From Chiloscyllium plagiosum (lineage: Eukaryota): 64,000 bases of DNA. A model generated the notes under the pieces. That model searched no databases. It was not told where the DNA came from and saw only the letters and a program-made list of their open reading frames with translations. The stretch covers positions 9,683,457 through 9,747,456 of the forward strand of contig NC_057751.1 of the NCBI RefSeq assembly GCF_004010195.1, given 5' to 3'. The translations under genes were made by a program, and so were the position numbers. Position 1 is the first letter of the stretch; every line of letters begins with the position of its first letter. Below are positions 49,055-62,324 of this stretch, piece after piece.

Positions 49055-49940
49055 AACAAAACAGAAATTACTGGAAAAACTCAGCAGGTCTGGCAGTGTC
49101 TGTGCAGACAAATCAGAGTTAACATTTTGGGTCATAGAATCATAGAGTCATAGAGACATAAAGATGTACAGTACGGAAACAGACCCTTGGGTCCAACCCG
49201 TCCATGCCGACCAGATATCCCAACCCAATCTCGTCCCACCTGCCAGCACCCGTTCTATTCATATACCATCCAGATGCCTTTTAAATGTCGAGTGACTCTT
49301 CCTCAGAACTGATGGTAGTGAGGAAAAAGTTGTTTTTCATGCAGAAAATAGGTTTGGAGGGGTGGTAAGGAGTAAACGATAGGTGGAGGTAGAACTCAAG
49401 GATAAAGAAGAACAGTTGGACAAAGGAGTCGATAACAATCAGCCAAGAAGAATGAACATCTTATAATGGGGACTATTAATGGCCAAAAATGGGTTGCATG
49501 TATTAGAAGACCATGTGATAACAAGGCCTGGTGTGTAGCGGTTGGGGTAAGGGCATGGCAGAAGGTGCCTCAAGCCCTAAAATTGTTGAAGTCGATATTG
49601 AGTCCAGAAGGCTGTCGAGTTCCCAAGCAGAAAATGAGGTGTTGTTCTTCCAGTTTGGGCTGAGCTTCACTGGAGGACTGCAGCAAACCTGAAACACCAA
49701 TGTTGGCCAGGGAACAAGGTGGTGTGTTGAAGGGACAGGCAACTGGAATCTCAGGTTCTCTTTTGCGGACAGAATGTAGGTGTTCTGCGGAGTGCTCATC
49801 GAGTCGACACTTTGTCTGCCCAATGTTGAGGAAACCATGTTGTGAGCAACAAATGCAGTAGACTATATTGTGTGAAGTGCAGGTAAAGAGCTGCTTCACC
49901 TGTTTTTGATTTTGATTTCCAGCATTCACAATTCTTTCAG
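49055..49940 (-). mobile_element. Penelope-like element: GIY-YIG endonuclease C-terminal part and terminal repeat, with a nested CR1 tail (49134-49289)
   Basis: FTCTSHNIVYCICCSQHGFLNIGQTKCRL...EH...LEEQHLIFCLGTRQPSGLNIDF. Confidence 0.88.
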
Positions 49941-52434
49941 CTGAAAAAAAAATACCATTTGTCTTTCCTCCTATCCTCATTTCTGAAGATTGGGCCATTG
50001 TATTGGAATGGCCCACGCTTAAGGGCAAAATACTGCAATGATTTGCCACTGCCTTTCCCAGAATAGCTGGCCAGAAGACATCCCCACTTTGATCATTTGC
50101 CATTAGGCATATTGAAAAGCGTTAAAGGCTGACAATTAACACGTACAGCCATATTATGAATGGCATACTGAACTTCAAGACCTCTGGAGGTAATGCTTGC
50201 TGTGAACAATTTATAATCAGCAATAACTTAAAAGTAGCAATCCCATCTCTCAGTAAGAAGCTTTTGAGTTCAAAAGTTCTTCAGAAACTTGAATGCAAAA
50301 CGGAGTTTGATATTTCAATGCAACACCACAGACATTTGTTTTCTTTATTCATTCATGGCTCGGCAGCATTTATTGCCCATTTCTAATTGCTCAGAGGGCA
50401 GTTAAGAGTCAACCGCTGTGCTGTGGGTCTGGAGTCACGTGGAGGTCAGACCAGGTGAGGATGGCAGTTTCCTTCCCAAAAGGACATTTATGAACTGGAT
50501 AGGTTTTTCCACCAATCAACAATGGATTCATGGTCATCATTAGACTTTTAATTCCAAATATTTACTGAATTCATATTCCACCATCTGTCTTGGCAAGAAT
50601 CGAACCCAAGTCCCCAGAACATTATCTGGGTCTCAGGTTTAACCATCCAGTAATAATACCACTAGGCCATTGCCTCCCTGGTTGCACAGTCAGAGGTGTC
50701 AGTTACAGATGAGAGGCTAAACTGATAACTTGCCCAGCAAAAAGGAGTTCAGCCTGCCTCCTGGCTTATATTTAACCCTAAACAAACATTATCGAGGCTG
50801 CTTCTCTCATCATTTATCTCATTGTCACTTTTGGGAGTTGGTTGTATGCAAGTTGGTTGCTGTATTTACTACATTACAATAGAAAGGACATTTCAGCAAG
50901 TACTTGGTTGACTAGGAACCATGTAAGGTCTTTCAGTCACCAGTTGATTTTCATGGCAGAGGCAGGTAGTGGGAATATCCTGTGGAAAAAAATCAATGAA
51001 GAGAAGATCTCACACTATGTTTCATAATATCTTGACTTGGACTAATTATTTTTGGGAACGATGTTAAACGTGTTGAATGGATGCCAACATCATTTCCCAA
51101 GATGTGACACAAGGGACTGAAGAGTTTAATTATAAGGATTTATTATAAACTCTGTATTATAGATCTGATAAAGTTATTAAGAATTATGAACAATTTAACT
51201 GGTTGCTAAGTGGCAGCCAGACAATGTAAATTTGACCCTTGCTAAAAGGAAGAAAGAAAAAGTTGAGAAATTTATTTTTCATGCTGATGGTTGTGAAGGC
51301 ATGGGCTTTAGCAAAAATGTGATGGAAGGACAACCCATAATAGCTTCGACAAAAAAGAAAAAGTAGTTGGTTTGGAGCTACAGCATATGGATCGAGCAGG
51401 GAAATGGGAGAGAGTGCAGAACTGCTGTAGAGAGTTAGATACCATGAACTGAATAATCTTCTGTACAGTAAAATTCCATTATTCATGGCACACTCAGTAA
51501 CAAACCGTTTTTATGTTGTGATTTTTTTTCCTGTATAAAAACTTTTCAAGGAATTTTATGGGAGAGTTAGCAAACAAAATTGGCTTGAGGTGTAAGGACA
51601 GTTGACCAAAAGCTCAGTCAAAAAGGAAGGTTTCAAAAAGGGGCTGAAAGGACCAGAAATAAGTCATGAGACAAAGGGGTTTCGGAATGGAATTGCAGAC
51701 CAGAGAACCAAGGCTGCTAGTGATGCGTTGATCTAAAATTGAAAATGTACGAGAAGCCAGAATTGGAAGAGCACAGAGACCTCAAAGACAGCTTGGGCTG
51801 GAGAAGGCGATAGTAATTAAGAGGTTTTAATTCTGTGTCTTTGTACGTGAACCATGTAAACATCAAATCAGTGAGACCCGAGTGATAAAATAAGCAAATT
51901 GGAATGGGCTCAGTTCAGGCGCTAGAGAAACATTATAATTTTTCTGAGGCAAGCACTGGATCAGGCTGTGACCAATTGCACTTGATCATAGTGCCAAAAG
52001 TAGCCATTGTGTACTGTGTTTCTAATCCTAGTAGTGGTAGTGCCACCATTTCCTGACATTTGCAAATAAACACTTACCTCTGAATCCACATCTTTTCTTC
52101 ATGGATTATTGTTTTTCCTGTGTCTCGCCTGGGAACTTGATGTACAGGCCTGTCAAGGTGCCGGAAACTTGGAACACATCCTGCAAATTATAGTCAGCTT
52201 CCTGGAGCAAACAATTGGGCGAAAGGCAGCAGGCAGCTATCAAATTTTCAGGGCTATTTTGAGCATTTTTGGCAGAAGGTACAGCTTGCTGCTGAACGAA
52301 TGCGTTTACCTCACACTTAACCTTACACTTAACCCCCTTCACACAGCCACAGCATTTGAAAGCTGAGCTTTGACTTCAGACAATGTGAAATTCACATCTG
52401 AAATCTCGAAGCAGGATGAGATCTCTCCATTTCA

Positions 52435-53175
52435 TAGTCATTGAGTCACACAGCATAGAAAGAGACCCTTCGGACCAACCAGTCCATGCCAAACGTCGTC
52501 ACACCTGCCTGCTCCAGGCCCATATCACTTCAAACCTTTCCTGTTCATGTACTTAGCCAAATGTCTTTTAAATGTTGGAATGATACTCACATCCACCACT
52601 TGCTCTGGAAGTTCATTCCACATGCGAACCACCCTCTGTATAAAACATTTGCCCTTCATGTCTTTTTTAAAATTTCTCCTCTCACCTTAAAAATGTGTCC
52701 CCTTGTCTTAAATCTCCCATCCTCGGGAAAAGACAACTACCATAAACTCTACCAATACGTCTCATTATTTTATAAACTTCTATCAGGTCACCTCTCAAAC
52801 TCCTATGCTCCAGCAAATAAGTCTCAGCCTATCCAGCCTTTCTTTATAACTTAAACCTTCCGTACTTGGTGGTATCCTGATAAATTTCTTCTGAAACCTC
52901 TTCAGCTTAATAATATCCTTCCTAGAATTGGCCAACCAGAATTGGACACAATTTTCCAGAAGAAGCCTTACTATGTCCCTGTGCAACCTCAACATGGCTT
53001 CCCAATTCCTATACTCACAAGACTGAGCAGTGAAGGCAAGCATACCAAACACCTTTTTAACCACCCTGGCTATATGTGACGCATGCTTCAAAGAAGTATG
53101 TACCTGAACCCTGAGGTCCTTCTGTTCTACAACACACCCAAGGCCCTACCCCTGTATGTTGTACTAAAATGCATT
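52435..53175 (-). mobile_element. CR1 3' fragment
   Basis: KKVFGMLAF...LLENCVQFW...LSYKERLDRL. Confidence 0.85.
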
Positions 53176-53707
53176 TTATACTGAGTTGAAGATCCCCAGC
53201 TGGATTACTGTTCATGCCCTCAGAATTAAGGTGGCCTGAACCTTCCCCATTTTCCAGATTTAGATCTTTTCAGGGTGGTAGCGCTTGCTGACTGACAATG
53301 GAACATGCTTCCTTCTGCACAATGTAAAGGCCTGCAGAAGCTTACAGGGTCAGCATAGCAACAGTTCTGAAATCTGATTGATCACATCAAAGGATAATGT
53401 TGAGATTTGCAGAGGGACGGAAACCGGTCTGCCTAGTTCAGCAAAAGCAGCTTTTTGTGCTTCTCCAGAATGGTAGACACATTAGAATTTGATGTGACCA
53501 AATTTACAGGACATGATGGAAAGAGCAGAAGGATGGAACACATTGACAGCTCCTTTACAGAGCCAACTGAAGCCCGATGGCCTCCTTCTGTATGAGATGT
53601 TTCTCTGGAGGTTGCACTTGTTATATTTCTTCTCAAAAATGTACTTGGGATCTTAGTGTCATTGACATGGTCACTATTTATTGTACATTCCTGGTGCAAT
53701 CTGTGAA

Positions 53708-53857
53708 CTGAAAATGTGTTGCTGGAAAAGCGCAGCAGGTCAGGCAACATCCAAGGAACAGGAGAATCGACGTTTCGGGCATATGCCCGAAACGTCGATT
53801 CTCCTGTTCCTTGGATGCTGCCTGACCTGCTGTGCTTTTCCAGCAACACATTTTCAG
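53708..53857. repeat. 150-bp near-perfect palindrome (75-bp arms, no spacer) within a TSD-flanked Penelope-derived insert
   Basis: Axis GGGCAT|ATGCCC at 53782/53783; two mismatches; TSD CAATCTGTGAACT at 53697-53709 and 53897-53909. Confidence 0.95.
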
Positions 53858-54117
53858 CTCTGATCTCCAGCATCTGCAGTCCTCATTTTCTCCTCACAAT
53901 CTGTGAACTAATTTGTCGATCCTGCAGTTTTGTTTTTGAAGATGAAATTCCAGTATTTTGATCCAGCAACAATGACGGAATGATGATTATATTTTCAAGT
54001 CAGCATTGTGTGACTTGAAGGGGATCTTGTAGATGGTAGTGTTCCCGTACATCCACTGCCCTTATTTCTGCAGGTGGTAGAAGTCAGAGACTTAGAAGGA
54101 GTTGCCAAATGAGCCTT

Positions 54118-54475
54118 TGATTTGATTGGATTTGTAATATTATTGTTTCATGTACCGAGATACAATGAAAAGTGATGTCTTGCATGCTACCAAGACAAAT
54201 CATACCTTGCATAAGTACATCAGGCTGATAGAACAGAATGCAGAATATATTGCTACAGCTCCAGAGAAAGTGCAGAGAAAGATCAACTCTAACACGAAAG
54301 GTCCTTTCATAAGTCTGATAACCACGGGGAAGAAGTTGTTCTTCAATCTATTGGTATGTTTTGAAATTTTTGTAGCTTCTGCCAAATGGAGGAGGGCAGA
54401 AGAGAGTATAACCAGAGTGGGAGGGATCTTTGATTATGTTGGCTGCTTTCCTGAAGCAGTGGGAAGTGTAGAAAA
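54118..54475 (-). mobile_element. Rex1/Babar 3' end
   Basis: RKAANIIKDPSHSG, TNRLKNNFFPVVIRLM; (AATCA)n-like tail. Confidence 0.8.
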
Positions 54476-54529
54476 TGCTTGAGAGTTGCCTTGAGAAATT
54501 GCTGAATGTCAGCTTGTATATCTTCTTTG

Positions 54530-55080
54530 TTGGTGGTCCTTCTGTTAAGGATGACTTGTTTGTGTTCTGAGGGTAGGGTGGGTTCTGTGGTGGTGAAATG
54601 GTCCAAACCTGGAGCCTCATAATGTGCCACAGTGGGGCATGCAGTCTTCAATGAGGTGGGTCATTAGGATGCTCTTGATTCTATACACTTTTCTGCTGCT
54701 CCTGTTTAGCCTCCATGATCTCCACTCAGTGAAGGTTGAAGTGGTTGGTGCCTTCATAGCTGGTCAATCTCCAGTTTGTGTGTTCTTGCGCAAGCGATTC
54801 CCACATATTAGAGGGGTTGTTGCATTTGTTGAGAGAAGCATTCAGGGTGTACTTGTTGTGGTTTCTCTGCCCTCTTCTTGATGTTGCCAGTGCAAAGCTC
54901 GGAGTAGAGCGTTTAGCTAGGGTGTCTATGAATAATGTAGCCTCGCCCATAGCAGCTGGTTGTGTATAATCACTGCCTTGATACTGGGATGTTGGCCTTG
55001 CAAAGGAAACTCACATTGACCTATCCTGCCAGTGGATTTCCAGAATTTGTAATGGCAGTGCTGGTGATAACACCAGGACA
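54530..55080 (-). mobile_element. RTE-clade LINE 3' fragment
   Basis: RRGQRNHNKYTLNASLNKCN...WESLAQEHTNWR matches the RTE/BovB C-terminus. Confidence 0.75.
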
Positions 55081-55094
55081 TGAGGAATCTCAAA

Positions 55095-56655
55095 GAACAT
55101 AGAACAGTATGGCATAGAGCATTGCAGTGCAGTACATGCCCTTCGGCCCTCGATATTATGCCACCCTTTTATCCTAGTGGAAGATTAGTCTGACCTACAT
55201 ACCCTTCCTTGTACTATCCTCTATGTGCCTATCCAAGAGTCGCTCAAATGTCCCTAATATATCTGACTCTACTATCACTGCTGGCAGTGCATTCCACGCA
55301 CCCACCACTCTCTGTGTAAAGAGAGTGACATCTTCCCTACACCTTTCTCCTGTCACCTTAAAAGTATGCCCTCTTGTGATAGACATTTCCATCATGAGAA
55401 AAAGTCTCTGGCTATCCATTCTATCTATGCCTCTCAACATATTGTATGCCTCTATCTAGTCACCTCTCATCCTTCTTTGCTCCAAAGAGAAAAGCCCTCA
55501 ACCTTTCTTCATAAGACATGCCCCCCAGTCCAGGCAGCATCCTGTAAATCTGCTCCGCACCCTCTCTAAAGGTTCCACATCCTTCCTATAATGAGGCAAC
55601 CAGAACTGAACACAATCTTCCAAGCGTGGTCTCACCAGGATTCTATAGAGCTGCAGCATAACCTCGTGGCTCTTAAAGTAAATCCCTCTGCTAACAAAGG
55701 CCAACACACCATTCGTCTTCTTAGCAACCCTATCAAGCTGGGTGGGAACTTTGAGGGATGTATGGACATGGACCCAAAGATCCTGCTGTTCCTCCACACT
55801 GCAAGAATCCTGCCTTTAATCCTGTATTCTGCATTCAGATTCGACCACCCAAAGTGAATGATTTCACACTTTTCCAGCTGAACTCCATCTGCCACTCATC
55901 AGTTCAGTTCTGCATCCTAATAATGTCCCATTGCAACCTACAACAGCTCTCCACACTATCCACAACTCCACCAACCTTTGTGTCATCAGCAAACTTACTA
56001 ACTTACCCTTTCACTTCCTCATCCAAGTCATTTATAAAAATCACAAAGAGCAGAGGTCCCAGAACAGATCCCTGCAGAATACCACCGAGCTCCAGGCTGA
56101 ATACTTTCCATCTAACACCACCCTCTGTCTTCTGTGGACCAGCCAATTCTGCATCCAGACAGCCAAATTTCCCAGTTCCCATGCCTCCTTATTTTCCGAA
56201 TGAGCCGACTGTGGGGAACATTATCAAACGCCTTGCTAAAATCCATGTATACCACATCCACTGCTCTACCTTCATCAATGCATTTTGTCACATCCTTAAA
56301 GAGTTCAATAAGGTTTGTGAGACATGACCTGCCCCTCACAAAACCATGCTGACTATCTCTACTCAAACTATGGGTTTCTAAGTAATCATACATCCTGTCT
56401 CACAGAATCCTCTCCAATACTTTGCCAACCACTGTCGTAAGACTGACCAGTCTATAATTCCCAGGATTATCCTGATTCCCTTTCTTGAACAAGGGAATAA
56501 CGTTTGCCAACCCTCAATCATCTTGCACTACTCCAGTGGACAGTGAGGATGCAAAGATCATCGCCAAAGGTACAGCAATCTCTTCCCTCGCTTCCTGTAG
56601 TAACCTTGGGTATATCCCATATGTCCCAGAGTATTTATCTATCCTTATGTTTATC
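55095..56655 (-). mobile_element. CR1 LINE, RT and 3' end
   Basis: [41 protein letters not shown]. Confidence 0.92.
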
Positions 56656-57332
56656 AAAATCCATGTTTCTGATTCATGCAGGAAGATCGGGACTATAGCT
56701 GTTGTGTACAATGTGAGTCTTGTGCTGATGAACAAAACATTTGAAGTCTGAGACCTCAAATCCAGCATTAATGTCACACTGTCGATTGCATACACTACAG
56801 CCACTGTCCATTGGTCGAAAGGATGAATATTTTAAGTTGCTGAATAGGGTGCTGATCAAGCTGGCTGCTTCATTTTGTGTGGTGTCAAACCTCTTCAATA
56901 TTGGTTACCTGTTCCTATCCAAGCAAATGGAGAGTATTCCATCAAACCAAAGACTTGTGTTTCTGGACAGGCTTTCAGAGTAAGCAGTTGAGTTAGTTAC
57001 CACAGAATTGTCAGTCTAGTGCTTGCTTTGTTTGGTCACCATGTTTATGTGGCAGGGTCAGTTGAATTTCTGATCACTGATAACGAGTTTGTTGACAATA
57101 GGAAATTCAACACTTGTAATGCTGTTGAAGAAAGATGTTTCAATTCTCTCTTGTTAAAGATACTCATTACATGGTAATGTTGCTTGCCACTTACCAGCCA
57201 AAGCTTCAGTGTTGTCCATGTGTTGCTGCGTGGAACACAGACTGCTTCAACATCAATTTAAATTATACTAAGCATTTTTCAATCATCCAATCAAGATTTT
57301 CATTTCTCAGCTTATGTTGGAGACAACATGTT

Positions 57333-57662
57333 GGGTGGCACGGTGGCACAGTGGTTAGCACTGCTGCCTCACAGCGCCAGAGATCCGGGTTCAACTCCCG
57401 CCTTAGGCGACTCTCTGTGTGGAGTTTGCACATTCTCCCCGTGTCTGCGTGGGTTTCCTCCAGGTGCTCCGGTTTCCTCCCACAATCCAAAAATGTGCAG
57501 GTTAGGTGAATTGGCCATGCTAAATTGCCCGTAGTGTTAGGTGAAGGGGTAAATGTAGGAGTATGGGTCAAGGTGGTATACGCTTCGGCGGGTCGGTGTG
57601 GACTTGTTGGGCCGAACGGCCTGTTTCCACACTGTAAATAATCTAATCTAATCTAAAAAAAA
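57333..57662 (+). mobile_element. HE1-type tRNA-derived SINE (V-SINE superfamily)
   Basis: A-box TGGCACAGTGG, B-box GGTTCAACTCC, V-domain TGTGTGGAGTTTGCACATTCTCCCCGTGTCTGCGTGGGTTTCCTCC, CR1-like tail TGGGCCGAACGGCCTGTTTCCACACTG, (TAATC)n and poly-A. Confidence 0.9.
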
Positions 57663-59694
57663 CAAGGTTGTTCAAGCAGTTGGAAATCATTCGGCCAAGA
57701 AAACTACTTTGAGGACCTCTTCCAGTAATCTTGGAACTGAGATGATTGGCTTTCTGCAATCACAAGAATCTTCATTTGGTCTTGGTATGACTTCAACCAA
57801 TGGAAGGTTTTATCTGATTCATGATGACTTCAGTTTTGCTCGGGTTCGTCAGATATAGATATGACAGCAACAACAGTGGCTGGGAGTAAACTGCAAAAAT
57901 GACAACTGAATATGCAAACAACTCAGTACTGCAACAAATTTAATTATTCTGTTGGGAAGGGAGGATAAGGGGAATCAACAGCACATAAAAATCTTCATTG
58001 ATTTGGTGTTCACTTGACTGACTTGCTTCTTATGAGTGCAAAGACAAAAAGTGCAATGTTCTCATGAATGCTGAGCCTATCTTCAATACGTTTATTGGCT
58101 TTTCTCCCCAGAATCTGATGAGTTTCTTGCTTACAGTGATAAAGATGTCTCAGGTTTGGACACCCTGTTCCAACTCTTCATACTCTGCACCTCAAAACCA
58201 ACCAACTTACAGTTCTACAACATTGTCATCTGCGTTCTGCTGCTGAAACCCTCTTCAATACTTTCAAGTATTCCAAAGTATTGCTCGCTACATGCCCATT
58301 CTCCATTCTTTATGAACTTCAGCTCATCCAAAATGATGCTATCTATATCTTGTCCCTCATTCAGCCCATTTTTTACCTTTCATCTTTCATGAAAAGTGGA
58401 TGTCATTGATATATACAGTATTTGTCGCCTATCCCAAATTACTTTGAACTGAGTGGCTTGCTAGGCCATTTCAGAAGGCAATTAAAAGTTAACCATATTA
58501 TCAAACCACATCCTTCTCCAGTCTGCAATCACATGGAGGCCAGACCAGGTAAGAATGGCAGACTTCCTTTCCTGATGAACATCAATAAACCAGATTGGTT
58601 TATATCAAAATTGACACTAGTTAACATTGTCCCTATTACTGAGGCAAAATTCTACCAGCTGCCATGGTGGGATTTAAACCCCTGTTCCAAAAGCATTCAT
58701 CTGGAGCTCTGGATTACTACTGTAGAAACATTACCACCGTGTTGCCATTTCTTTCTAACTTAATGCTTCTACTTCAAATAAACTTATTGGACGATGACCT
58801 GGGGTTGTGTGATTTTTAACTTTGTCCACCCCAGTCCAACACCAGCACCCCCACATCATTACTTAATACCTATATGTCCGCTGACTGACACTGCCGCCCA
58901 GTCCCAAAGACCTCGACTTCTTGGTCAAATCTTGATGGATTTTGCCCATCCTGATCTTCACCTATTACCCATCACCAAACCCTCACCTTTTCCGACTTTC
59001 ACTTCTTCGTAATCATTTTTGATCATTCCACCTCCATATCTGTTTTGTTTCAAAGTTGACTTATTTGCTGACTTCCGTTCTGTCAAGAGCCTAGGACATT
59101 TTACCAAGTTGATGGGCCAGAAATTTGAGTTGCTTTTGATGTTACCTTCCCTCCTGGCATTTTGTGAATAGCGTTCTCTTTGAATAAACGTACAAGAAGG
59201 ACTCTTGGGTGTCATGAGGTGTGGCAAAGTACTAAGCAGACAACAACAATGGGAAAAGAGTTGAATACACCATGCAATCGTATTCCTTCAGAGGCTTTTT
59301 AAGGGTAATTGCCTGTAAGGTTGCACGTGATGATGTATGCTATTTTCTGGGCTTTGATCACGAAGCTTTGAAGCACAAAGGCACTGAACATTGTACATGT
59401 AACTGATTTGCTTGGTTTCATTGTTCTGGTCAAGTCATCAACTTGGTGTTTGCTGCTCTGAGAGACTAGGTGTGTTGTCATGAAAGACTGACACATATCA
59501 ATATCATTTTTAGAGTACGGAGTTTAAAATAGTGGCATACATGTTGAGTATTTTTATGCAGGGTTGATTAAAAAAATAACTTGGTCAGACAGTCCTTCTG
59601 CAGTCTTCAAAGTGACCTAATTCAATATGTGTCAGAAAGCTGGGACTCCCTGGAGTGCTCATGCAAAGTTGTTTTTACTATGTTGGTTTATGAT

Positions 59695-60806
59695 AGATTA
59701 GATCACATAGAATACAGGGAGAACTAGCTATTTCAATACAGACTGGCTCGAAGGTAGAACACAGAGGGTGGTGGTGGATGGTTGTTTTTCAGACTGAAGG
59801 TATGTGACCAGTGGTGTGCCACAAGGATCGTTGCTGGGTCCACAGCTATTTGTCATTTATACAAATGATTTGGATGTGAACATAGGAGGTATAGGAAGTA
59901 AGTTTGCAGATGACACCCAAATTGGACGTACCGTGGACAACGAAGAAGGTTTCCTCAGAGTACATGGGATCTTGGGCCAATGGGCTGAGAAGTGGCAGAT
60001 GGAGTTTAACTTGGATAAATGTGAGGTGCTGCATTTTGAAAAGGTAAATCAGGACAGGGCTCATACACTTAATGGTAAGGACCTAGGGAGTGTTGCTGAA
60101 CAAAGAGACCTTGGAGTGCAGGTTCATCGCTCCTTGAAAGTAGAGTCTCAGGTACATAGGATAGTGAAGAAGGCATTTGGTATGCTTTCCTTTATTGGTC
60201 AGAACATTGAGTATCGGAGTTGGGAGGTCATGTTGCAGCTGTACAGGACATTGGTTAGACCACTTTTGGAATATTATGTGCAATTCTGGTCTCCCTCCTA
60301 TAGGAAGGCTGTTGTGAAACTTGAAGGGGTTCAGAAAAGATTTACAAGGATGTTGCCAGAGTTGGAGGATTTGAGCTGACGGGAGAAGCTGAATAGGTTG
60401 GGGCTGTTTTCCCTGGAGCATCAGAGGCTGAGGGGTTAAAAACCTTAGAGAGGTTTTTAAAATAATGAGTGGCATGGATAGGGTAAATAGACAAGGCCAT
60501 TCCCAGAACTAGACAGCATCGATTTAGGGTGAGAGAGGAAAGATTTAAAAGGGACCTAAGGGACAACTTTGTCATGCAGAGGGTGGTAAATGTATGGAAT
60601 GAGGTGCCAGAGGAAGTGGTGGAGGCTGGTACAATTACAACATTTCAAAGGCATTTGGATGGGTATATGAATAGGAAGGGTTTAGAGGAATAAAGACCAA
60701 ATGCTGGCAAATGAGACTACATTAATTTAGGATATCTGGTTGGCATGGATCAGTTGGATGGAAGATTCTGTTTCCGTGCTGTGCATTTCTATGAATCTAT
60801 CTCTAT
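59695..60806 (+). mobile_element. CR1 LINE, RT C-terminal half and 3' UTR
   Basis: GVPQGSLLGPQLF, SKFADDT, RPLLEYYVQFWSP. Confidence 0.93.
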
Positions 60807-62278
60807 GACAGGATGTGTGAACTCTACATTGAAGGCCTTTTCCTGCTTTTGGCTGAACATAATTGAGCATTGCTGTTAGCTTCGAAAATCTGGAGATTAA
60901 AAGTTTTAGCTAGTTTGGAGGAGACTAGATGGGTCAGAAGCAAATTCAGTTTTCACTTTGAGAAAGACAGTCAGAGGAGTTCAAAAACCATACAGTTAGC
61001 TCAGCATAAAAGTTTAGTTTGTGAGACTCCAAAATCAGGAATATTTGGTTTAAGATCTACAGATTACAACAGTTTGAGAAAGTCCACATTCTAAGTTTTG
61101 TAAGCATTCGTGTCAGAAGATTTCACAGTCTACTAGAAGGAATGAGAAAGAATCACTGGTGTCAAACTTAAAGATTTGATGGAGAGGGCAATTTCTCAGG
61201 GTTTGAGTCTCGGTTACACATGGCATCAGGAAAGAGGATGGCATTTGATTTTGCTGTGTGTTTTCAGATCTTTCAAACAGGGTTTTATATTCAGCTTGAT
61301 TTTTTTCATCTTCCATTTTTGCAATAAACTTTTGTTAATGGAACTCTTGAGCCTCATATGAATGTTTCAGTAAGTGTCCACCATGTTAACTAAATTGTTA
61401 GTTTCAAATTTATGTATGAAGGCAGATTTTTTTCTGAAATCTGACTTGTCCTATAGTATCATTGCTTGAGAGTATAATAATGTATAGGATCACTGTTTGG
61501 TCCCGGCTTCACTGACCCTCTGATCTGCTCTGTTTAGGTCCCTCCATTTATCCACTTTGAACAGTACATTCTGTCTTTTCTCTACCTGCATCAGGAATTT
61601 GTCAGTATGAGAATCAGCAAGTAAAGGATCCCCATCCTCTGCAGGAAGACTCTGCCCTGTGAGCAAATAATGTTCCATGCTGTGGCCTTGTTTACAAGAT
61701 GTTGTGTTTTTCTAAGCTGCTGTAAAAATGCACAAGTCCTGGTTAGAGGTGTGGAAAATAATATTCTGGGTTTCAGATTTTTTTTCTACATACATTTTGT
61801 ACTAGTGCTGCCTGCCTCAATGAAAAATAATAACTTACTTTGTTTAAGTTACACACACAGTTCATAGACACCAAAATGCCACAGCACATTGTTTGAAATG
61901 AAATAACTGAGTAAAAGAACCTGTTGCAATGTAGGTGCAAAGACATGAATATGTATTTGTTCATCACAAATAGACATCGTGTTCAACCATGTGTTTGCAA
62001 GTCCATGGCTGTAATTTGTTTTCACATGATCTGAATGAATATGTGGCAGTAGATGTTGACACTCCCTTGTACTGGATCCTATTTCTCAAAGATGCTGCAG
62101 TTTAGAGATTGCAACTTGTGTTAAGATGTGATCACTCCACAACCAGCCTCAATGTGGAGAGTGTCCAATTCCCAACAGAACTGTCGGGGCAGTCATGTTA
62201 GTTCTTCTGCTGGTTGACGAAATAGTGTTTCAGCTTCTTCTGATCTGAGTAACTAATCATCTGCCTGTTTCCTTTCAG

Positions 62279-62324
62279 TAAACTCCGACACCAAGCGCAC
62301 AATGAGAAATACGGATACAAAGAG
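62279..62324 (+). CDS. RNF122: RNF122 exon 3 (KLRHQAHNEKYGYKE)
   Basis: Branch-like ACTAAT, cctttcag| and |gtaaat; 46 nt, phase 2 to 0. Confidence 0.93.

Noticed and set aside
51860-52400. Repeat-free intronic stretch with FOX/Oct/NFI-like motifs (possible enhancer)
   Set aside because: Short motifs occur by chance; it needs conservation or chromatin data.
57333-57410. tRNA-like sequence
   Set aside because: It is the head of a SINE, continuing into the V-domain and LINE tail, not a tRNA gene.
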